A stretch of 64,000 nucleotides of DNA, from contig NC_042997.1 of the NCBI RefSeq assembly GCF_006345805.1, positions 43,028,001 through 43,092,000 of the forward strand. The letters run 5' to 3'. The translations under genes were made by a program, and so were the position numbers. Shown here piece by piece: positions 54,301-64,000 of the stretch. The stretch comes from Octopus sinensis. Its lineage: Eukaryota. The notes under the pieces were generated by a model. That model was not told the origin of the DNA. It made no database searches and saw only the letters and a program-made list of their open reading frames with translations. Position 1 is the first letter of the stretch, and each line of letters opens with the position of its first letter.

Positions 54301-57300
54301 GCCGCCTTGCTGGCTCCCGTGCCAGTGGCATGTAAAAAGCACCATTCGAGCATGGTCTTTGCCAGTGCCGCCTTGCTGGCTCCCGTGCCAGTGGCATGTA
54401 AAAAGCACCATTCGAGCATGGTCTTTGCCAGTGCCGCCTTGCTGGCTCCCGTGCCAGTGGCATGTAAAAAGCACCATTCGAGCATGGTCTTTGCCAGTGC
54501 CGCCTTGCTGGCTCCCGTGCCAGTGCATGTAAAAAGCACCATTCGAGCATGGTCTTTGCCAGTGCCGCCTTGCTGGCTCCCGTGCCAGTGGCATGTAAAA
54601 AGCACCATTCGAGCATGGTCTTTGCCAGTGCCGCCTTGCTGGCTCCCGTGCCAGTGGCATGTAAAAAGCACCATTCGAGCATGGTCTTCGCCAGTGCCGC
54701 CTTGCTGGCTCCCGTGCCAGTGGCATGTAAAAAGCACCATTCGAGCATGGTCTTTGCCAGTGCCGCCTTGCTGGCTCCGTGCCAGTGGCATGTAAAAAGC
54801 ACCATTCGAGCATGGTCTTCGCCAGTGCCGCCTTGCTGGCTCCCGTGCCAGTGGCATGTAAAAAGCACCATTCGAGCATGGTCTTTGCCAGTGGCCTTGC
54901 TGGCTCCCGTGCCAGTGGCATGTAAAAAGCACCATTCGAGCATGGTCTTTGCCAGTGCGCCTTGCTGGCTCCCGTGCCAGTGGCATGTAAAAAGCACCAT
55001 TCGAGCATGGTCTTTGCCAGTGCCGCCTTGCTGGCTCCCGTGCCAGTGGCATGTAAAAAGCACCATTCGAGCATGGTCTTTGCCAGTGCCGCCTTGCTGG
55101 CTCCCGTGCCAGTGGCATGTAAAAAGCACCATTCGAGCATGGTCTTTGCCAGTGCCGCCTTGCTGGCTCCCGTGCCAGTGGCATGTAAAAAGCACCATTC
55201 GAGCATGGTCTTTGCCAGTGCCGCCTTGCTGGCTCCCGTGCCAGTGGCATAAAAAGCACCATTCGAGCATGGTCTTTGCCAGTGCCGCCTTGCTGGCTCC
55301 CGTGCCAGTGCATGTAAAAAGCACCATTCGAGCATGGTCTTTGCCAGTGCCGCCTTGCTGGCTCCCGTGCCAGTGGCATGTAAAAAGCACCATTCGAGCA
55401 TGGTCTTTGCCAGTGCTGCCTTGCTGGCTCCCGTGCCAGTGGCATGTAAAAAGCACCATTCGAGCATGGTCTTTGCCAGTGCCGCCTTGCTGGCTCCCGT
55501 GCCAGTGGCATGTAAAAAGCACCATTCGAGCATGGTCTTTGCCAGTGCCGCCTTGCTGGCTCCCGTGCCAGTGGCATGTAAAAAGCACCATTCGAGCATG
55601 GTCTTTGCCAGTGCCGCCTTGCTGGCTCCCGTGCCAGTGGCATGTAAAAAGCACCATTCGAGCATGGTCTTTGCCAGTGCCGCCTTGCTGGCTCCCGTGC
55701 CAGTGGCATGTAAAAAGCACCATTCGAGCATGGTCTTTGCCAGTGCCGCCTTGCTGGCTCCCGTGCCAGTGGCATGTAAAAAGCACCATTCGAGCATGGT
55801 CTTTGCCAGTGCCGCCTTGCTGGCTCCGTGCCAGTGGTATGTAAAAAGCACCATTCGAGCATGGTCTTTGCCAGTGCCGCCTTGCTGGCTCCCGTGCCAG
55901 TGGCATGTAAAAAGCACCATTCGAGCATGGTCTTTGCCAGTGCCGCCTTGCTGGCTCCCGAGCCAGTGGCATGTAAAAAGCACCATTCGAGCATGGTCTT
56001 TGCCAGTGCTGCCTTGCTGGCTCCCGTGCCAGTGGTATGTAAAAAGCACCATTCGAGCATGGTCTTTGCCAGTGCCGCCTTGCTGGCTCCCGTGCCAGTG
56101 GCATGTAAAAAGCACCATTCGAGCATGGTCTTTGCCAGTGCCGCCTTGCTGGCTCCCGTGCCAGTGGTATGTAAAAAGCACCATTCGAGCATGGTCTTTG
56201 CCAGTGCCGCCTTGCTGGCTCCCGTGCCAGTGGCATGTAAAAAGCACCATTCGAGCATGGTCTTTGCCAGTGCCGCCTTGCTGGCTCCCGTGCCAGTGGC
56301 ATGTAAAAAGCACCATTCGAGCATGGTCTTTGCCAGTGCCGCCTTGCTGGCTCCCGTGCCAGTGGTATGTAAAAAGCACCATTCGAGCATGGTCTTTGCC
56401 AGTGCCGCCTTGCTGGCTCCCGTGCCAGTGGCATGTAAAAAGCACCATTCGAGCATGGTCTTTGCCAGTGCCGCCTTGCTGGCTCCCGTGCCAGTGGTAT
56501 GTAAAAAGCACCATTCGAGCATGGTCTTTGCCAGTGCCGCCTTGCTGGCTCCCGTGCCAGTGGCATGTAAAAAGCACCATTCGAGCATGGTCTTTGCCAG
56601 TGCCGCCTTGCTGGCTCCCGTGCCAGTGGCATGTAAAAAGCACCATTCGAGCATGGTCTTTGCCAGTGCCGCCTTGCTGGCTCCCGTGCCAGTGGCATGT
56701 AAAAAGCACCATTTGAGCATGGTCTTTGCCAGTGCTGCCTTGCTGGCTCCCGTGCCAGTGGTATGTAAAAAGCACCATTCGAGCATGGTCTTTGCCAGTG
56801 CCGCCTTGCTGGCTCCCGTGCCAGTGGCATGTAAAAAGCACCATTCGAGCATGGTCTTTGCCAGTGCCGCCTTGCTGGCTCCCGTGCCAGTGGCATGTAA
56901 AAAGCACCATTCGAGCATGGTCTTTGCCAGTGCCGCCTTGCTGGCTCCCGTGCCAGTGGCATGTAAAAAGCACCATTCGAGCATGGTCTTTGCCAGTGCC
57001 GCCTTGCTGGCTCCCGTGCCAGTGGCATGTAAAAAGCACCATTCGAGCATGGTCTTTGCCAGTGCCGCCTTGCTGGCTCCCGTGCCAGTGGCATGTAAAA
57101 AGCACCATTTGAGCATGGTCTTTGCCAGTGCTGCCTTGCTGGCTCCCGTGCCAGTGGTATGTAAAAAGCACCATTCGAGCATGGTCTTTGCCAGTGCGCC
57201 TTGCTGGCTCCCGTGCCAGTGGCATGTAAAAAGCACCATTCGAGCATGGTCTTTGCCAGTGCCGCCTTGCTGGCTCCCGTGCCAGTGGCATGTAAAAAGC

Positions 57301-57990
57301 ACCATTCGAGCATGGTCTTTGCCAGTGCTGCCTTGCTGGCTCCCGTGCCAGTGGCATGTAAAAAGCACCATTCGAGCATGGTCTTTGCCAGTGCCGCCTT
57401 GCTGGCTCCCGTGCCAGTGGCATGTAAAAAGCACCATTCGAGCATGGTCTTTGCCAGTGCCGCCTTGCTGGCTCCCGTGCCAGTGCATGTAAAAGCACCA
57501 TTCGAGCATGGTCTTTGCCAGTGCTGCCTTGCTGGCTCCCGTGCCAGTGGCATGTAAAAAGCACCATTCGAGCATGGTCTTTGCCAGTGCTGCCTTGCTG
57601 GCTCCCGTGCCAGTGGCATGTAAAAAGCACCATTCGAGCATGGTCTTTGCCAGTGCTGCCTTGCTGGCTCCCGTGCCAGTGGCATGTAAAAAGCACCATT
57701 CGAGCATGGTCTTTGCCAGTGCCGCCTTGCTGGCTCCCGTGCCAGTGGCATGTAAAAAGCACCATTCGAGCATGGTCTTTGCCAGTGCCGCCTTGCTGGC
57801 TCCCGTGCCAGTGGCATGTAAAAAGCACCATTCGAGCATGGTCTTTGCCAGTGCTGCCTTGCTGGCTCCCGTGCCAGTGGCATGTAAAAAGCACCATTCG
57901 AGCATGGTCTTTGCCAGTGCCGCCTTGCTGGCTCCCGTGCCAGTGGCATGTAAAAAGCACCATTCGAGCATGGTCTTTGCCAGTGCCGCT
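48383..57990. repeat. 66-bp tandem array (~145 copies, ~9.6 kb) derived from the RTE 3' UTR unit
   Basis: Consensus gcatgtaaaaagcaccattcgagcatggtctttgccagtgccgccttgctggctcccgtgccagtg; very homogeneous; continuous with diverged units at 48240-48382. Confidence 0.97.
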
Positions 57991-58239
57991 GGCATGTAAG
58001 TATAAACTTAAACGAAATCTTAAATATTAAGATAAAAACACATTATATAAGACGAGACACAAGAAATTTAGAGAAAGGAGAAGTTACTCGATTATATCAA
58101 CCTCAGTATATGTCTGGTACTTCCTTTTATCAAGGATCAAAGTCAAAGTTGATCTCCGAGGGACAAAGAGCAACACTTTTTGGTAAATGAAACGGATTGG
58201 AGCAAGGGAGATAATTCGATGCATGATTACCTACCTTGT

Positions 58240-60120
58240 CCTGCATAGATAGTCATAGAAAGAAGGAAGAAGAAAATTGTTCAAAAGCTTTAACCTTGGG
58301 CCTCACTTTCGAATACGATACGAAGGTAGTTAACCTCTTAGATATTAACTCTGGTTTATATTACCTCAATAGAAGTCTGGACGAGGTTGCTAAATATGTG
58401 GACAAATCCTCCAATCATCCCCCAAATGTACTAAAATCATTAGTAAAAGACATTTCGAGGTGAATTACTACACAATTATTGGCTAATATGGATATATTTA
58501 ACTCATACTCCCACTGCTATAACTCTGCTCTATCTAAGGCGGGATACAATTGGGAGATTGCATTCCTTAATTCAGAAAGTCTGACACTGAAAAGACCAAG
58601 ATTTAAGCTGAACCATCTTCCAGAGTCCATCCATCATAGCATTATGATGGCTCTTTTTTTGGCCTGGGATCTTCTGAAAGTTCGTGGCACATTGGAGGCA
58701 GACAGAGATGAGACATGTCCCACATTCGACCCAGCGATTACGGAACGTATTTTCGGGTTCCGTAGATGTTGCAGGTGTGATTTTCTGGGCAGTATTCTAT
58801 TTTGGAGCAGCGACCAGTACATTACCCTATGTACTATACATACACTTTAGAGGAGTTGTAGTGCACCTGAGCACTGTACACAATTATTATTATTATTATT
58901 ATACCAACTAAACACAATAAAGAAAAGAAAATGTGAAAAAGGGCGAGAGCTCATCTAATTGAGTCTATAGACCTACCAGAATTGCCCATAATATTCCTAT
59001 TAAAATAAAGAATAAGATGTATCACAATAATAAAATAGAATCTAAGGACAGTAAAATGTACAAAAATAGTGAGGATGAGAATAAGAAGTATGGAACCAAT
59101 TTCAGTAGTAACATAAATACCGATAATGATACTGTAATTAATAATCAAACTGGAGGTTTGCTAAGTAACAGGGAGGCTGATACGATCTGCTTTCATAAAC
59201 ATAAGAATACTTAGAATAATAAAATGGTTTGGTATAAAATTCCTTTCAATTGCACAATCTCTACTAAGAATAATAAAATGGTTTGGTATAAAATTCCTTT
59301 CAATTGCACAATCTCTACTAATAGGTATAATAAATTTATGGCGATTTTGGAGAAAAACTTCCCAGCTTCCCCTAAGTGTAGCAAACTCTTCTCCTGTAGG
59401 AGAATCAGTTTCATATTCCGCTCTTCCAAATATAGGTACGATTATAGCCCACGAGATTGATAATAATAATAATGGTAATAGTGGATTAACCCCTAATTAT
59501 GGTTGTAATAATAGTAGATATGTAAGAAACCATAATATGGATAATAATAAGAACCCACTCTTAGCTAGTAACAATGTAGTCAGCATAGATAACAGAGCCA
59601 ATAAAGCCTAGACGAAACACCAAGTATCCCAAATGCAACCATTACTAGCATAATATCAAATGACATAATCCAAAACGATGGGGCCAATATAAACAGATGT
59701 AATAATACCTATTATAAAAACTCAAATACATAACACTTGATAATACTTCTATGGATTTGAGCAATACCTTGAATGGCAACACTATAAATGTTAATGATAG
59801 GGCAAGTAATGCTAATATTAATATCCACAGTTGCGATTGTAGAAAAGGATCCCAATGCCCATTTTTGGGTCAGCGTTTAGTTGAAAATGTCATATATAAA
59901 TGTTTAGCAATGACAGAATTACAGAAACTAATAACTTCAATTGTATCAGGTGCTCTGTAAATAAGAGAAAATGCTTGAATAACCATTTTTTGTCCTTTAG
60001 ACTTAGGCATAAAGCCAACAGTACCTCATTATCTATGAAAATATAGGAAGGATAGTGATAGTGAATTTAGCATAAAATGAGTTAGAGTCCATAGAGCTCA
60101 GCCATACACAAACAGCCGAT
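58240..60120 (+). mobile_element. Decayed Penelope-like element (RT thumb, linker and GIY-YIG endonuclease remnants)
   Basis: YVDKSSNHPPNVLKSL, VWYKIPFN, SCDCRKGSQCPFLGQRLVENVIYKC and NNHFLSF..TSLS match the Penelope/Poseidon layout; interrupted at ~58600-58900 by an (ATT)n-tailed LINE end also seen at 39060-39277. Confidence 0.8.
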
Positions 60121-61467
60121 CTATGCATCATCGTCATCATTTAGCATCTGCTTTCCATGCTCGTATGGGTTAGACAATCTGACTGGAACTGGTAAGCTGG
60201 AGAGCTGTAACAGGTTCTAGACACTACTTTGGTATGGTTTCTACAGCTGGATACCTTTCTTAGCACCAACCACTTTACATATTATGGTACCAATACTAAA
60301 GAGTTCATCATGTACTCTAAAGTTGTGTTCTTAACACTAATAGCTCAATAGTCAACTAGTAATTGTGCAATACCTTTAAGCTGTCTTACTGTGGCTAGTA
60401 GTATTTTATGGTTTGAAATATTGACTTACTGAATATAGGTGCATGTGAGTGCATTTCTGTTTTTTTGGTTAAGCTTACTTTGCAGTTACAGGACTCTGGT
60501 TCAATCTCATTGCACTTCATATGGGCAGGTGTTTTTTACTATACTTTAACTAAAGCCTTGCCAGTGAAATTTGTTAGATATCATGTGGAAGGTCATCACA
60601 AGGACAATTGCTGTTCTTGTGTAGCAGAATCAATCTATCACTGTTTAAAGTCAATACCTTGCCATTGGCTACCTTTTAGTAGAGTCTATGCTGTTTATAG
60701 ACATTTGAGCTAGTTCTCAGCTTTGAGAATAACTTCTATCTTTCCTTCCATCAATCTCAGAGCTTCTGAAAAAAAAATCCCGTGTGCTACCCTTTTCCAT
60801 TTCCTTTGACAAAACAGTTATGAAAAAATAAAAAAACTGAATGTTATAAAAGGTAGATAGGTGCTTGGTTCTTTTTATTTTTAGTGAATACCAATTCTCT
60901 CTCCAACCCATTACAAATGAAGTCCACAACAACAAAAAATCAAAAGCACAAAGTCAGGGGTTGGCACAGTTCTTATAACATTGACCCTTTCACTTCAATG
61001 ATTCATCATTGATAAGTTATTGATACCTATAATGTAAATTTCTAAATATTAAAATGTATAATTAACATAAAACTTTTTGATTTATAAACAATAATTTTCT
61101 TATGCTTTTGTGTCATTCATTACCACATAAGAAACATTTCAAGAAATTTAATGAAAATACTAAAACAAAATTAACTATATTGATATAGTTGGAATAGTTA
61201 ATGTTTATTGAGCCCAAGGGTAGCCACAGAGACCCTGCTGGTCTAAGTACACAATAGAAATGTTTGTTGTGAATTTGATCCTAACATACATGAGTTCAGT
61301 CTCCAACTTACTCAGGTAATATGTCAAAAGAGAACAGAAGAACAAAATTGCATAACAATGAAAACAGTTATTTACGGCACACAACATAGAATAAAAAAAA
61401 TAACTAATAAAATGAATCATTAAAATACATGGAGACAAGAAGCATGAGAGAAAAAAAGGAGACAAAC

Positions 61468-61613
61468 CTAAGAAAGAGCCACCATCACAGTAAAGGAAGC
61501 AGACCATATTCCAGTCATGAAAATCAGGGTTCACCAAGTCATCACTTGACATAAAACCTTCAAATCTAGCAGAAACTGGTGCTTTAAGGCTTGAACCAAC
61601 CTCAGTGAAGCTT
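61468..61613 (-). CDS. Pectin acetylesterase/NOTUM-family hydrolase, internal coding exon A (most 5' exon visible)
   Basis: Translates (R)SFTEVGSSLKAPVSARFEGFMSSDDLVNPDFHDWNMVCFLYCDGGSFL(G); NPDFxxWN..YCDGxSF is the pectinacetylesterase-family motif. Acceptor cctttctag| and donor |gtttgt; 146 nt, ends in phase 1, matching exon B. Confidence 0.9.
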
Positions 61614-61786
61614 CTAGAAAGGACAGAATGAAAAAGAAGAAAGAAAATAGGTTTCAATAAAGAAGCAGCAACCAACAGATGAGCATTGATGTCTTATGAT
61701 TGTTCATTGTTGTAAATTATTTACTTGTATATATAAAAAAAAAGTTCTTGTTCATGGAGAGAAGATATTGATCATTACTGGCTTAA

Positions 61787-62006
61787 CCCTTTCATTACTG
61801 TATTTATTTTGAGATGCTCTGTGTTTCTTTTAATTACATTAAATATAACAAAATATTTAGTAAAATAACTTAGTTATCATTAAGCTAGTGTTAGGAACAG
61901 AAATTGTGACTAAGGTTTGGTGGAAGATTTTAATTCAAAACTTATGAAAACAAGACATTTGTCCTCAGAGCCAGAGCCAGTTTCAGCCGGGCTGGTAATG
62001 AAAGGG
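61787..62006. mobile_element. piggyBac-like MITE, family 2 (220 bp)
   Basis: TTAA|ccctttcattac ... gtaatgaaaggg|TTAA. Confidence 0.85.
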
Positions 62007-62198
62007 TTAAGACAAATGTTTTAAACAGATCAGAGAAATGGAAAGTTTTAGTAAGACAGAAACAGTTACTAAAGAGTCACAAACATGAGAAGTTATAGCG
62101 AAAATGAACATGCAAATATTGCAAGCACTTCCAAAGGTCTTCTGTGACTGAAAATTCTTATCATGGTAAAGGCCCAGCTTTTGTTCTGTGGTTTAGAT

Positions 62199-62443
62199 CA
62201 GTGGTTCTCAACTAGGGTCCATACAAGATTAAAATTTGTAGTTAAAATTTATGTGCAATAAATTGCTTTTACTTCCACAATACACAAAATATTAAAATGT
62301 TTTTAAAAATACATTTCCTAATAACATTTAATTATAAAAATACAGTAGGATGTTTTTTATACACATTAAATGGCTACGGAAGACCAGTAGAGTAAAATAG
62401 GAATCAAAAAGGTCCATAAGTAAAAAATGATTGAGAACCACTG
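62199..62443. mobile_element. hAT (Charlie-like) MITE
   Basis: TIRs cagtggttctcaa / ttgagaaccactg; the 8-bp TSD is no longer recognisable. Confidence 0.7.
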
Positions 62444-62689
62444 AATTGAAACGGAAACCGAGCCACTGCGGCATTGGCAGCGGAACAGAGCGCGACTGTC
62501 TACATGTAATTCTCAAATGACATTGGGTGCGAAAGTTGAAACTGCTCCTTGTTAAATGTAGCAGCAACTAGGTAGGTAAAGCTTTAAGACAAGTAGATCA
62601 GCCTAGCTAACATGATCCTAGATACTTCAAGGAAGCAGAAGTCTTCAGAGCTACACCAGAGTCTCATTGAATTATAGAACCCATCGCTT

Positions 62690-63690
62690 CCATTCTTCCA
62701 TGGGTTGGACAGTTTGACTGAGGGCTGGCAAGCCAGAAGGCTGCACCAGGCTCCAATCTGACCTGGCAAAGTATCTACAGTTGGATACCCTTCCTAATGC
62801 CAACCACTCTGAGAATGTAGTGGATGCTTTTTACATGGCACCGGCACAAGGGCCAGTCAGGCAGTATTAGCAACAACCCTGCTCGAATGGTGTTTTTTAC
62901 ATGCCACCGGCATGGAAGCCAGTCAGGCGGCACTGGCAGCAATCATGCTTGAAAGGTAATTTTTAAGTGCCACTGGCATCGACCACACATGAATGGTGCT
63001 TCTTATGTGCCACTGGCACGTGTGCCAATCAGGCAGTACTGTCATTAGCCACGACAATGACTTCACTTGACTCAACAGCAGCAGTTTATTGCCCAATGAT
63101 TGAAGGGTACTCTTAAATGGGCCAGTTATGCTGCACTGGCATAAGTCACAGTTACGGTCTCATTTGGTTTGCTGGGTCTTCTCAAGCACAGCATATCTCC
63201 AAAGGTCTCGGTCACTTATCATTGCCTCTGTGAGGCCCAATTTTTGAAGGTTGTACTTCACCACTTCATCCCAGGCTTTATTGCCCCTGAGCATCTGCCA
63301 CACACAAAAACTATCTTCCCAGTTAGCCTTCCTTTGAGGTCCATAGCTTACACTGGGTACCTCTTATGGAGTTTCTACCTACGCCTTTTCTACAGATCAA
63401 GCAGGGCCATCTACCTGAAGGAATTTGTGATTTGTCAGCCTTCCTACTTATTAAAACTCTGGTTTTTGCTAGATTGACTCTAAGGTCCATCGATTCTAGA
63501 CCATCTTTCTAGTCGCCATCTTCCCTGTTTTCCTGGCAAGGATATAATCAATTTGACTTGTGTGTCCACTAGATTGGTAGGTGAATAGGTGACTGGCAGG
63601 TTTCCCGAAGTTAGTATTACAAACCAAAAGATCATTCGCATTGCAGAACTCTTGCAGCCTGGTTCCTTCCTCCTTATCGTGAAACAAGGA
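62690..63690 (-). mobile_element. Internally deleted RTE-LINE (endonuclease remnant, RT fragment, 3' UTR)
   Basis: EGTRLQEFCNANDLLVCNTNF..TYQSSGHTSQIDYILAR (AP endonuclease) joined to ORF-end and 3' UTR units. Confidence 0.85.
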
Positions 63691-64000
63691 CGGGGGGGGG
63701 GGTCCTTATGATGGTAGATAAGTGTTCAATGGAAAATAAAGAGATAAGTAATAATAATGAGAATGTGGGATGGGTGACAAAAGGAAGTGGTGCCAAAGAG
63801 AGGGATGATTGGTGACACGAATATGAGCAGATCTCTTACACAATTACAGCTGAGTAACTAGTGCCATAGTTAGTAGAGTTATGGAGGGACGGGTGTTAGG
63901 AAATGTTGTGGAGAAGGCTTAACAAGGACAGATTGAATGCAAGGGCATATATATGCACACACATATATGAATATACATCTATATCGGTGTATACAACTGA

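Noticed and set aside
48383-57990. CRISPR array
   Set aside because: Units are contiguous with no unique spacers, there are no cas genes, and the context is eukaryotic.
48041-58030. Giant ORFs of 3,200-3,300 aa and many + strand ORFs as real genes
   Set aside because: All are translations of the 66-bp unit; they switch peptide at 1-nt indels and contain no domains.
17117-61613. Assigning the symbol NOTUM
   Set aside because: Motifs fit the family but resemble PAE-like paralogs; orthology cannot be shown from sequence alone.
61205-61675. 156-aa ORF as a complete membrane protein
   Set aside because: Only 61468-61613 is exon; the hydrophobic flanks are translated T-rich intron.

Overview
AT-rich, repeat-dense eukaryotic (animal) DNA. 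The tRNA-derived SINE families, RTE-LINE (ATG)n tails and (TA)n/(CA)n microsatellites suggest a cephalopod, probably Octopus (inference, not database-checked). One protein-coding gene is supported: a minus-strand pectin-acetylesterase/NOTUM-family serine hydrolase. Its four visible exons (61468-61613, 45716-45856, 45388-45561, 17117-17592) splice in frame through GT-AG introns of about 15.6 kb, 154 bp and 27.8 kb; the 5' exons lie beyond the window. The rest is mostly transposon debris: Tc1/mariner/DD37D elements, TTAA-flanked piggyBac-like MITEs, RTE, CR1-like and Penelope-like retroelements, SINEs and a Helitron end. The most striking structure is a ~9.6 kb array of ~145 copies of a 66-bp unit grown out of an RTE LINE 3' UTR; it explains all the 3,200-aa ORFs. 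Related units across the window share hairpin stems with variable loops. Degenerate minimal hammerhead-ribozyme-like folds sit in Penelope-type repeats. No CRISPR array or prokaryotic system is present, and I cannot demonstrate a new biological system; the best leads are listed as findings.
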